This document shows positions 29,101-41,900 of a stretch of 64,000 nt of DNA, piece after piece. Each line of letters opens with the position of its first letter. Positions within the stretch are counted from its first letter, which is position 1. Origin of the DNA: Lama guanicoe (lineage: Eukaryota). The position numbers were made by a program, and so were the translations under genes. Below the pieces are notes generated by a model. The model had not been told where the DNA came from. It saw only the letters and a list, made by a program, of their open reading frames with translations, and did not search any database. The stretch spans positions 12,535,285 through 12,599,284 of the forward strand of contig MU056358.1 of NCBI GenBank assembly GCA_013239625.1, given 5' to 3'.

Positions 29101-30644
29101 TTCTTACAAGGAAACAGAGTTAAATGTCTTTAAAAGAGTCCAACATATCCTCATCATTTAATCAGTTTATTCACCTCAGGGTTCAGATAACACCAATCGA
29201 GTTTTTAATCAACCTCATTTTTCCAGCATTGTTAACATTACAGTGACCATTCCTTTGGGGTCAGCTCAGCGTAACGGCTTGGTTGAAATCAAAGATATTA
29301 ATAAAGCATGAGTTAAGCACTGAACATGGGGAACAAACAAACAAGGGTGCTGTTATCTAACAGGCCACATCTCGGTCCCTGCTAAAGTTCCGACATCAGG
29401 TTGGATGTGTATGGACGTGTCCTAGTCGCCAGGGCTCTTTGGCAGAACCACCTGCCACACCATCATGTGAATGTCATTCCACTATTGAGAAAAATGCTTT
29501 GGCAACTCCAGACCTCTCAAAAGACACAGCATTTTATCAGCTAGAATCCTACTTGTGCATGAATTGCTGAGGACAATATCCTGAAAAAATACACTCAGAG
29601 ATGGAATCTAGAGGAGTTGGCACCTGGGAGGGAAGAGAAAGGCGAAGGTCACCTTCCCCACTTAATCATTTTGCCTAGCCCTCTATTTTGGGTTCCCCTC
29701 AAACCCAGACAAGATGGCTTTTTAAAGGTCCTCAGGGGCAAGTAGACTATAAACCATCTAAGCATAATTTAAAAAAAAAAAGTGCGTAGATGACACTGAT
29801 TCTTTATAAAACCTGTATATGCCAAGGAGCTAGCCCCCCTCCCAAATTATACAGCTGGCTCACTGTCACAGTCTGCATGTACTCACCCCCTCTATATTCA
29901 GTCCCCAGATTTGAAAAGCTTTCAAGATACTCTTTAAAAAACAAGAGTAATATAAACGTAAAAAAAGAACTAGTAGAGGATGAGATCGACAGTATCAGAA
30001 GAAATATCCCTCTTGGAAGACATAAAGCTACCCTCCCAAGACTAAGTGTAAGGAAAAATCCTTCCCTTTCCCTTGGAATTTCACAGCCTCGCCCTAACAA
30101 AGCTGGAGAGGGTCAGAATTTTTAATTACAGGCTCCCTTGCTTTGTTTACCAAACAGCTAGTAGCCCTGAGGGTGGAGTTAGGCTGTTTAAAGTCCTGTT
30201 TTAATCTCCTTTGTAATTGCAATTTGATTGCTGGTATAAATTACCTAGTAGGCTTGCCACCTTCTGTGCCAGCCNNNNNNNNNNNNNNNNNNNNNNNNNN
30301 NNNNNNNNNNNNNNNNNNNNNNNNNNNNNNNNNNNNNNNNNNNNNNNNNNNNNNNNNNNNNNNNNNNNNNNNNNNNNNNNNNNNNNNNNNNNNNNNNNNN
30401 NNNNNNTCAGCTGGGGTTTTTCATCATATTCTGGACTATTAATTTCTAGACTCTTTTAGAGGTAGTTTCTTGACATCTATGTTCAATTTAGGACTTATTA
30501 CTGATCTTTCTCTAACCTTTATATTTTATTTTAACGGCATCATATATCACCCTGAATATGGCAGGTTCTGGCAGAAACCTGGTGGTTAATTTCCAAGGGG
30601 GTGTATTGGGGAAGGATGGAGAAAAGGACAATTTGCTGCAAACA

Positions 30645-30657
30645 CGCCATCTGCTGG
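30645..30657 (-). promoter_or_regulatory. Candidate CTCF site
   Basis: Minus strand reads CCAGCAGATGGCG, matching the CTCF core CCASYAGRKGGCR. Motif match only. Confidence 0.55.
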
Positions 30658-33393
30658 ACAAAACATGTATATAGTTTTAGGAACTTAACTTTCCACTAGG
30701 AAAATGCCTTCCCACTAGGAAAATGCTTAAGAAGACTTATGAAGACAAGGCCAATTTGGGAGCTGAAATGTATATGGGAGCTTGTCTATTGGAACATCTC
30801 TAAGCTGTATCTAAAGGCCAGCGACCTCCTTCGATGCTTTTTTAACAGCCCATTAGAGATAACCTTTGGTCACTACATTTGATTTTGAGCAAGGTTTTCT
30901 ATTCAAATGTAATATTACAGGTTGTAATGAGCAAAATTGATCCTAAGAAAATAAACAGCACCTCCCTTATGCAGAAGGATATGAGGGCGGTCAAGTTTCC
31001 ACCATCATATGCAAATACAGATTCTGGAAAATTACTTACATTATACACAATTCCGTATTACTATTCTCTCTCTCCCTTTTTCTGTACACAAAGGACTTTG
31101 AAATTTGTCAAGGGCTGTGCTTCTCTACACCTTTATAAATTGGGTGAATATAGACTTTATCGTTCAACACAGACACTTCTGAGTGAAAGGGAGTGCTGTG
31201 AATAATTACATCAGAACAACATACATAAACTGGGACTGTCCTGGGCTAATCCAGGATAAAAGGTCTCTCTAGTCATAGGTAATCCAATCTCCTCGCAAAC
31301 ACAAACCACCTCTTGGTCTCTATTTACTGCCAACTCATGTTAGAGAAGAACAAAAATAAAAAGTTTAAATGGTCCAGTGCAGTGAAAAGATTCCAGACTG
31401 GAGCAGTGAGGAGAAAAATTGGGGTTTTCATTACAAGTATGTTGAGCATTGAAATTATTCAATTCTGTCTTTCATGCATTAATTTACCCATGGCCAAATA
31501 CCACATGGCAGGTCAGATAAAGTTTCATGAGTACCTAGAAGGGATTTAAGTCACTTCTGGCTCAATAGATACATGGTCTCATGGAGAAGGCAGCATTTAA
31601 ATTGAGCTTTGAAAAAGAAGCAGGATTTGGAGAGTGAGCACTCCAGCAAAGACAGACTCTCAATAATTAAGTGGGCAAATCAAGAAAAGTATAGGGTGTC
31701 AAGCACTCCTTGACATACTCATGGATAAAACAGACATCGATTTCTACCTTCAAGAATATATATTCTGGGAAGCAGTAGGATTTGAGCATCTTTACTTCAG
31801 AGGCCATTTCTGAATTAGAGATAAATTTGGGAATCATCGGTGTATTTAAACTGTCAGGGAACAGATAAGATGGCTTGGGGGGAGGGAATAGTAAAGAGGA
31901 AAAGGCATTGAACCAAACTCTGACTTACTCTAATATTTAGAAATGGATGAAGAAATTCTCGAAGGAACCAAAAAACCAGCTGGCATGGTAACAGACAAAA
32001 AGAAAAATATCTCATTCTTTCTTCCAATTTGGAAATATAGGTAGAGCTCAGAAGAAATGAACCTTCTCAAGGTGTAGATCAGATGTAGCTTCAAGCTTCC
32101 CCATTATCCAATAATTATCACAATAATTTAAAAATTATGAGTAGCTTTCTCCAAGGAACCCTAAGTGGTCTGTGTGTCCCTTCTAATGTATCTCCCTAGG
32201 ACTGTCTTTAAATTATAAAATGATACATTATTGAAAATTAAGCAAAAACCCTATTACCAACTATGCTATATTCAGTTTTAGATTTCCTGTGGGGAAATAC
32301 TCAGTTCTCCCTTTTCATTTTCAATGAGGTGAATCAGAGCAGAGCTATGATTCCAATCTTATTTATGAATATAAAATTAACTCGAAATACAGCTCATTCT
32401 TCCCAGCTCCCTCCTGTACGGTATACTCTGTCATGCTGTCCCTCATTTTTTTAATGAATCTGATTCAATGAGCTGTTTGGGGCTTGTTTTTGATCACTTT
32501 TTTATGTTGCTTTCACAGGAAATCTAAAGTGCAACTTAGGCTGGCGGTCAGTGCAAGGAATAGCACTTCCCAGACTTCCTGAGCCCAGTAAGAGTTCAGC
32601 CGTCACCTTGTTGGGCTTTGGTGTTCATTCACCCATTCAGCCAATACTTCATAAGCAACACAGTACATGTTAGGCCCTGTCCCTACACATTGAAGGTGGA
32701 AAGGTATCAGATAAGGAAGTTAGAGTCTATTGGAAAGTACACACGAGTAAAGAGGCAACTGCAATACATCGTGATAAATCTAACCTACTTGGGACACAAC
32801 TAACCTTTCACCTCCTTATTCATTCCCCTTTAGGTTTCTATGACTTCTCTTCCCTTTCACATTCTTCTCTGATTCCACAATTCCACATCCTCTTTATCTT
32901 TCTCCTTCCTCTTTGGCCCTTCTCTCTCAGTCTCCTTGGCAGGCTTCTTCTCCTCATCCCGTGTCCAAACACTCAATGCTGGGATGCCCCAAGCCTCCAT
33001 CCTGCCAATTCTCTCTTTAGAGTTATCTCATCAAGTCCCTAACACTGAACAGCAACCATGTAATGATGATTCACAAATAAATTTTCTTTATCCCCAGGAA
33101 GTTGTGGTATATTTATACAATGGAGTACTACTCAGCCATAAAAAGAATCAAATAATGCTATTTGCAGCAAAATGGATGGACCTGGAGATTGTCATTGTAA
33201 GTGAAGTAAGCCAGAAAGAGAAGGAAAAATACCATAAGATATCACTTATATGTGGAATGTAAAATAGAGACAAATGAACTTGTTTACAAAACAGAAACAG
33301 ACTTACAGACATAGAAAACAAACTTATGGTTCCAGGGGGGTAGGAAAGGAGGTGGGGAGGGATAAATATGGAGTTCAAGAATTGCAAATACTA

Positions 33394-36160
33394 GAGAAGG
33401 CCCAAGATGGTGGAGCAGAAGGAGGCTCCAGGCTCACTCACTCCTACAAATACACCAAGAGCATCATCCACAGACCCACTCATCCAATCAGAACATCTGC
33501 TGAACTTTTGACAGAACATCACCTTCTTTAAAAGACAAAATACACCACAAATGTGATAGGAGAACAGGAAAAAAGAAAGAAGAAAAAGAAAAATAATGCA
33601 GGACCAATCCTGTGGGAAGGGAGTGGCAAAGGAGGACTAGTGCTCATTTGCTGGGTCTCCCACTCTCCAACAGAGAGACCAGCAGGACAGAAGGGGAACC
33701 TCTGAGGCTCGCATCTGCACAGAGCAGCCCTTGACAGACAGAACTAAGATAAATGGGCACAAAGGGTCTCTGTGACCCCCAGCCCGTGATGCAAGCCAGC
33801 AGCTGGGGGCCGGAACAGGCTGCCTGAGCTGGGCGGAGGGCTGGGGCAGCTGCACTGCGGCACCCTTGAGGGACTGCAGAGTGCTGCTCGCCCGTGGCTG
33901 GGAGTGTTTACAGATCAGAGCAGCCTGGGTCCCCCAAAAAAATGCTAAAAAAAAAAAAAAAAAAGGCAAAGCAACACTGCTGGTGTACTCTGGGGAGAGG
34001 GGCAGCATAGCCTTTGTCTCCTCAGACCCGGGGCACCATTACTGGCACATTCTTGGGAGAAAAGGCAGGGAGCAGCCACAGCCAGCATGCTCTCCGGTGC
34101 GTGGCTCCCAGGTGGGGGCGGGGTGGAGACCCAGGGGCTCTGCAACCTCAGAGGCGGGACTGAGACTCGTTCATAGCCCCAGGCAGAGGGGACTGTTGTG
34201 CCCTGTGCTTCTGTGAACTCGCGCCTCTAAGACAAACGAACAAGGAGCAAAGTTCTAGCACAGGGCAGGGGCAAGGGCTGGTGTGGCTGTGTTCTCTGAG
34301 CCTGCCTACCAAGTACGGACCCTCCGTGGTGCGGGGAGCAGCACTGGATGAGGTCGCAACCTGCCTGCTTACCTTGCATGAGCATGGCTCCAGAACACTC
34401 CAGAACATTGGTGTTGGGAGGGGGCACAACCCACAGGCCGACCTTCTGCAAGGGCAGGCGCCAGAACGCAGTACCGGAGGGGGCGTGACCACGCATGGCG
34501 CAGGAACATGACGTCAGGAGGGGGCGTGACCCACCTGCCTGCAGGCACCAGGAGCAGCACAGACCAGGGGTGCGACCACAGGGCCTCTGGAACCAGAGAG
34601 CGGAGTTGGTGAAGCAGGACGAGGACAGGAGTGGTGACAATCACAGAACAAAAAGGAGGCCCCGCTCAATAGCCAGGGCAGGCTCTGGCCACCATGACAC
34701 CAGCCACACCCCCAAACAAAGGGATAGCAGACAAAAGGCACGGAAGAAAGACTTGGCAACCACCTATACTTAAGAAAGACCTCCTGACAAAATTATTAAG
34801 CTGCACAGTCTCCATGGGAACACATCTACCTTTTTGTTTTTTTTAGTTTTTAATTTTTTTAACTTAAAAAATTTTTATTCTCTTTTAATTTTCTTTTAAA
34901 AATTTTTATTAATTTTTAAAGATTTCTCTCAATTTGACTTTTCTTTGTTTTATTGTTCTGTTACTTATTATACTGTTTTCAAATCTTTTTTCTTGTTTTA
35001 CATTTTTTTTTAGTTTTATTTCAACATCTGCTTTATATAAACAAACAAACAAACAAACAAACAAACCCCTTCAGAACCACAGTAGATAACTGGTACTCCA
35101 TAACCCATAGTGCCAGAGAGATACAGGTAAAATGAAGAAGCAGAGGAACCACTCCCAATTAAAAGAACAAGAGAAATCCCCTGAAAGAACAATCAATGAA
35201 AAAGACCTTGATAGTCTGCTAGATCATGATTTCAAAAAAGAAGTGATCAAAGTACTGAAGGAACTAAAGGAGATTGTGTTTAGAAACAGAGAATACATCA
35301 AAAAGGAAATTAAAACTATAAAGAGGAGCCAATTAAAATTGGAAAACTCATTTGCTGAGATAAAAGCTGAGCTAAAGGCTGTAAAAAGTAGGCTAGATAA
35401 TGCAGAGGAATGAATAAGTGACTTAGAAGACAGGACAACACAAATCACCCAATCAGAACAGCTGAGAGGAAAACAAATAAAAACCAATGAAAACAATATA
35501 TGGGACCTATGGGATAATATAAAGTGTGCCAACCCTCGCATAATAGGGGTCCCAGAAGGAGAAGAAAGAGAAAAGGTGATTGAAAAGGTATTTGAAGAAA
35601 TCATGACTGAAACTTTCCAAACCTAAAGAAGGAATCAGATACCCAAGTACAGGAAGCACAGATGGTCCCTAACAAGAAGAATCCAAACAGACCCACACCA
35701 AGACATGTTATAATCAGGATGGCCAGGATTAAGGATAAAGAAATTGTTCTAAAGGCTTTGTCTTTTTTTTTTAATTATTCCACATATGAGTGATATCATA
35801 TGGTATTTTTCTTTTCCTTTTTGGCTTACCTCACNNNNNNNNNNNNNNNNNNNNNNNNNNNNNNNNNNNNNNNNNNNNNNNNNNNNNNNNNNNNNNNNNN
35901 NNNNNNNNNNNNNNNNNNNNNNNNNNNNNNNNNNNNNNNNNNNNNNNNNNNNNNNNNNNNNNNNNNNNNNNNNNNNNNNNNNNNNNTGTTGTGTCAATTT
36001 CTGGTGTACAGCACAGGGAAATATATTCAATATCTCATAGTAGCTTATGGTGAAAAAGAATATGAAAATGAATATATGTATGTCCATGTATGAATGAAGT
36101 ATTGTGCTGTACACCAGAAATTGACACCACATTGTAAACTGACTATATTTCAATAAAAAA
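33394..36160 (+). mobile_element. Inner L1: full 5'UTR, partial ORF1, internal deletion and inversion, 3' end; 17 bp TSD
   Basis: Starts gagaaggcccaagatgg (YY1-like); GC-rich 5'UTR; ORF1 ATG at 35132. TSD aagaattgcaaatacta at 33377-33393 and aagatttgcaaatacta at 36161-36177. Confidence 0.9.
35132..35757 (+). pseudogene. Disrupted L1 ORF1p
   Basis: MKKQRNHSQLKEQEKSPE...LDNAEE*ISDLEDR...LWDNIKCANPRIIGVPEGEE...NPNRPTPRHVIIRM. TGA at 35411-35413, a frameshift near 35610, truncated at about 35757. Confidence 0.9.
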
Positions 36161-37459
36161 AAGATTTGCAAATACTAACTACTGTATATAAAATAGCTGA
36201 ACAAGTTTTTTACTGTATAGCAAAGGGAACTATATTCAGTATCTTGTAGTAACTTATAATGAAAAAGAATATGAAAACGAATATATGTATACATATGTAT
36301 AACTGAAACGTTATGCTGTACACAAGAAATTGACACAACATTGTAAACTGACTATACTTCAATAAAAAAGAGAGTATTACAAACAGCACAGAAGTAAGAA
36401 CTGAGGGAGGAAACTGTCATTACTGGAACAAGAAAGCTAAATAAAACCAAAAAGAATTTTTTTTCTTTATCCCTGAACTTTCTGCTGATATATCAATGTA
36501 TATTTATGTATACTTAATGACTTCTTTGACATCTCATCTTGGATAGCAAAAAAAATCTCAAGTTTATCATATCTGACTCAAAGCTCCTTATTTTCACCTC
36601 TCCTCCCCCCGCCAAAACACACAGAAACACACAACCACTCCCCTACCTGTCTCACTTAATGGTACCATCATCTGTCCATTTAAATAACATTTTATAGTCA
36701 TTCAAAGATTGACTGTCTTTTCATCACTCCCAATGTTCAGTTCGTGAGTGACACTTCAAAAGATATATCCTGAATCTGACACTTCTCACTGCCTGTACTC
36801 CTCTTCCAAGCCATTCATCTTCCTCTCTTGTTTCGATCCCTGAAACACAAGCTTAACGGTTTTCTGCATCTCTGTTCTTACGCTCTTGGATTTCATTCTC
36901 CACACAGTGAGCTGTTAAAAGTGTAAATCTAGTCATAATACCCTCTGAACACTTTTCACTGATGATGGAATAAAATCTCAGTACATTGCCAGAGTCCATA
37001 AGACCCTACAGGATCCAGTCCCCTGTCTGCCACTCCAGCTTCACACTTTGCACCACTTTCTTCTTATTCTCTATGCATGAACCACATTGGCTTTCTTTTT
37101 GTCCATCAAATACTCCAAACATGTTCCAACCTTAGAAATTGTATTTTCTGCTCCTTTGATCTAGAATATTCTTCCTTCAGAGCCTTGAATATCTGGCTCC
37201 TTCGTGTCTTTAAGCTCAGCTCAAATATTACTCCCCTGAAGGATCCTCCCAACCATCATGACCCGTCATACTCTCCACCATTACTTTGATTACTTTCTGT
37301 CATAGCACTTACTTATCACAATTTGAAGTTACAGTATGTGTGTTTGTTTGTAATCTACTAGGATAATCTCCATGGAGGCAAGGATCGTGGGCATGTTGTT
37401 CACACCTTTAGCCTTAGCATCTGCTAGGTGCTAGATAAATACATGAATAAATTGAGGTT

Positions 37460-37915
37460 AGAATCAAATACTATGGCAATACCAAGAAGTGTCACTTATC
37501 CTAATTTTGGGGGGTCGTCCAAAAATGATATATATCTTGAGACATAAATAAGAATTAGCAAAGTGAAGAGGGAGCCAGGTGAAGGAACCTGCAGGTGCAA
37601 AGGAATGAAGGCAAAGAAAAAGAAAAGAAAAATTGGAACTTTCAGGGAATGGAGCATACAGTTTCAGAAGAATGCTCAAGGTTGGGGACAAGTGGTGGGG
37701 ACACGTGTTGGGGAGAAGAAAGGAGTAGGAGGGAGTAGTTAAGCATTTGTTTGAGGGCAAACAATCACACTGTCAAAGGCATTAAGTCTTCTGTTGAGGA
37801 ATTTGAACTATTTTTCATGAAGTCAAAAGCCAACTGAAAGGTTTTAATCAAGAAGGGACCTAGCAAAGATGGTTTTAGGAAGATTGCTCCTGCTGCAGTG
37901 TGGGGAATGGAGTCG
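37460..37915 (-). mobile_element. L2 fragment
   Basis: gcaggtgcaaagg...gaaaggttttaatcaag...ttttaggaagattgctcctgctgcagtgtgg. Confidence 0.6.
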
Positions 37916-38784
37916 GGCAGCGGGGGTGGGGGCGTGGGGCAGGGTGATCTCAGCTAAAGTCTGAAAAGTCATTTACTAGACTGAAAAAGTCTCCTTCTCT
38001 GGAAGTCCATAAATGTAGTCTTTCTGAGCTGCTTAAGTAAATGGCATAGTAATGAAAGCCACTCCTGGGGTTGCTACCAGAAGAGTTAATGCTTGTGAAT
38101 CAGGGAAGATGGGCCTTCTAAAGTTTCTCAACCTCCCCCTTTGCCCTAACTAAAAAGGTACAATTTTTAAAATTACTCCCAATTAAAACTCACAAATATG
38201 ATCTCAAGTTATTCATAAATGAGATGCTCAAAGCAATAACACTCAACCTATCCAGAAGACACTTATACCACAAAAGCAACTGTCTGATATGCAGCCTAGA
38301 GCCAGAGAGGGATTTGGATCGGCTGAAGTACACCATGCACCACCCCTCCCCAAACCGCCCCCCTCAACACACACACACTGGCCTGTGTCCTTAGACATTA
38401 TCTCCTATTGTAGACCAGGGTATCCCCTCTAATCTGGATCACTGCTTTCCACAGTGACAGGAGAAAAATGAATTCCTTTTCAAATGACTCATTTATAGAA
38501 ATTTTCAAATCACACTGTGAAGGTGTTTGTTTATTGCCTAAAAAGATCAGCCCTGATTGTCATTCCTAGTCATTCACTTAACGAGCGATTATTGAAATGC
38601 TCACTGTGTGTCTCTTACTGTGCTAAATATTAAGGATGAATACAACATGGTTTCTGCCTTCAGGACAACTAAATCAGTATGTGAAAATCACTAGGGTAGA
38701 TGAACTCACTTAATATTTATGGAAGCAGCATGAACAAATCTGTAACTAGACTGGGGACCCAAAAATCAGAGTAAGATAGGATAG

Positions 38785-38990
38785 AACATAGTTTAAAACA
38801 CAAATGCGGGGGGTCTAAAAACCTGGGTTTGGTTCTGAGACGTTAACACTTACTAGTTTCATGATTCAACCTCTTCCACACTCAGTTCCCTCATCTGTAA
38901 ATGTCAATAAGGATCCATTTTATTGGGTTAAATTAAATAAGATGATGTACATCAAGCACAAGAGTGGATACATAGCACTATTCAAATAGA
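38785..38990 (+). mobile_element. MIR SINE
   Basis: cctgggtttggttc...cacttactag...ctcagttccctcatctgtaaatg. Confidence 0.75.
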
Positions 38991-41900
38991 TGCATACGCA
39001 GCAGCAATCACAAATACAGTTTACGATTCCTTCCTTATATGATAGAAGCAATGGTTGAGAAGGTGCTGGAGCAAGGGGATTTACTATTCAATAAAAGAAG
39101 GTGCATATATGCAAAATGTCTCAGTGTCCAGCAGAAGCTGCAGCCTTAGTCACTTCCCAGCAAAATCTAAAATTCCAGAAGCTAAATACAACAATAAGCA
39201 ATAAAAGAAGGTCTGACCCAGCAATGCCGTATGATGGAGATCAACTTCCTGGGAGTGAAGATATATACTTCTGACCATAAGCTTCTCTTCTGGGCACCAA
39301 CTGTCTATCTCATTGACCAGACCTCTGATGGGAACTCGGCAGAGAAGCCTTAAGGTATCCCCCAGACATCACACATTGACCCCAAAACACTTGTCGCCAA
39401 CTTCATTGTTGCAAGATGTATCTGCTTGTACAGTGTATCCCTGCCAAGCCTGCTCCAACAGCTCCAACTACTCCACTGGAAAGAATATTCACTGTATATG
39501 ACAATTATCACAGCCAGAGATGCTTGATACCCTTTGCTGAATTTACAGGATGAAAATAAAAAAGAAAGTAATAGCCATCATTGTTCGCACATCTTTACGC
39601 ATGTGTGGGAAGCAGGAGATCTAAGGGAAAAAAATTGTTTTCCACCTTTCCCCTTTATTCCTGCAACAAAGTTTTTGCAAATTTCTTCTTTCTCAAATCA
39701 TACTTTATCAAGAGAAGCTTTGAAAAAAAGGACTTTGCATTCATTCCAATAGCTACCTTAAAAACGTTGTTGCTTATTACTTGTGCTTCAAATGAGTTAC
39801 CAGATAGTGCATTTAAGGACAATCATACACCCTAAAGCCAACAAAAGAAATGCTCCAATGACAATTTTCAAACAGTTTGAAGAAAAGTACTGAAAACTGA
39901 CCACTGTAACAGCAACAATCAGAAATGGAGAGGCTGAGGTGAAGCTAATACCAGGCTGCCCAGCAGGCCCAGTGGCACAAACACATTCACAATGGCTATG
40001 ATCAGCAATCAAAGAATGGACTTGCCTCCAAACCGCAGTATCTGCAGTGCAATTACTCAGAGGTGTTTGGTATAGAATGTGCAATATTCTAACCCATGAA
40101 AGCCAAAATCACAAATCATCCCCACCTCCTTCCAAAGTCGTCTGTTGTCAGTTCTGAAGTAGAAAGCACTTGCTATGGTGAAAATCATCAAAAGTAAAAC
40201 AAAGCCAAAAGACAAACAAACAAGAAACAAAATAAACACACACACACACACAAATCCCCATTCCACTCCCCACTAAAGTACTCTAAAATTAAGATAAAAT
40301 GGGAAGAGAAGGTAGACATGCAAGGATGTGATCAGCCAAATCCTAGGTCAACCCGGAGCTGAGCAAGGTTCCCTGCTGCCCCTGAATGTATTCTTCCCAC
40401 ACTTCCAAAACCTATCTGTTCCCAGATGACCATGTTCAGTCCCATTCATTAGAACAAAGCCTTCATTTTCTACAATATGAATGCCGACTGTTACAAAAGG
40501 AATCTATGAGCAAACTCTCATCTGCGGTTTAAATTTATACTCCAGTCTCCATAACTAATCATCACACCCTTTTCTGAGAGCACGTTTTGATGTGGAGAAG
40601 GTTTCTGGCTCATAACACGTGGAAAGGATATAAATGTTGTGGAGAAGAAAACTGCGTAGTCAGAATTCAAACACCCAGTGATTTTGGCTACAAATGGCAA
40701 TGCATGTGGCTCGTCCTGTTTGGAATGGATCAGATCTGCACTTAGGGTGGGCACAGAGCACATTTTGACTTCCATCAGGATCTCAACTCTGGTGCTCACA
40801 TGGATAGAGGTGTTGCCTTGTCTCTAAGTCACTATGTTAAAATAGATAACAGAAATGAATAACTTTAATTGGGTTTTTCCAGATAAATTCATTAGGTAGG
40901 ATGTATTAAGCACCTTATTCAAGCAGATAATCTACTTCACTTCCAAACACTTTTCAGTTTTCAGATGAAAGTTTTAAAGTATTAACTCTAAATATATCAG
41001 GTTTCTTCAGAGTGTTACGGCCATATTTATAGCACCAGGTAATAATACACTGTTACCACATATCTTTATAAGAATTTTATCAACTTATCAGCTGATGTTT
41101 GGGGAGGTCCTCTGCTTTCTGCCTCATATTATTCATTCTTTTCTCCTCTGGTTCCTTTATCCATTCCTCCAGCTCAAAAATTTTAAGTGCAAGGTACTAA
41201 AGTTGTAACAATTAATAAGACAGAATCCCTGCTAGCAAAAATGTTACAGGTACTCTAAAAGAAGAGAACAGAGATAGGAAAGCAGAACCCAAACTAAGTC
41301 TCCAAAGCAAATGTTTCCAGCCTTCCAGGATCCTTCTCCTTCAACATCCTCCAAGGCCTCGCCTTTCGGCAGAAAGTTGCGCAGAAGGACCAAGTCATGG
41401 GTTCTTTCCTTGTCGTTTCCATAGCCAAAATTATGTCCTGCAGAAGAGGTCCAACATTCTTCCCTGCATCTAGCTTTTTATGTGTGTGCTGCCACCAAGT
41501 TCTACCAGAGGCAGTCAGGCGAGGTTTCAGGTGAGGCAGGATTCAGTTAAGTCATAAGCAGTTTGCAAAGTTGGAAAAGAGGACAATATTAGAGATAATC
41601 CACTCCATGGTAATAGGCTGAATAAAGAGCAGTCTTTTCTTTTTTTAACTAGAAAGAAATAGATTATGTTATAAACACTTTGGTGGCTTTAGTCTAATTT
41701 AGGTCAGTGAAGTCTGCAATCTAAAGAACTATGAGTTTTGGATTAGCTGTGGTTCCTAGAGTAATCATTTGAACAGACCTAAGCCATTTAACCAAGGCTC
41801 AGAGAACTAGCTGGCTGACAACACAGTGGCTATACAATGGTGGACACTGATTCACTCACTCATTCAGTCGTCCACTCGTCCATTTAACAAACATTTATGG

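Larger units (their letters stand above)
33098..36369 (+). mobile_element. Outer 5'-truncated L1 3' end (33098-33393 and 36178-36369), split by a second L1
   Basis: ORF2 C-terminus-like gaagttgtggtatatttatacaatgg...gacctggagatt; the 3'UTR resumes after the inner element and ends gactatacttcaataaaaaa. Confidence 0.9.
32830..37450 (+). mobile_element. L2 element interrupted by nested L1 insertions (L2 parts about 32830-33094 and 36461-37450)
   Basis: L2-like ...gatgattcacaaat... resumes after the L1 with ...gacatctcatcttggat...ctcagctcaaatattact...ctccatggaggcaagga. Confidence 0.75.

Noticed and set aside
33637-34773. Cluster of overlapping ORFs
   Set aside because: They lie in a GC-rich, stop-poor L1 5'UTR; nothing supports an ORF0-like product.
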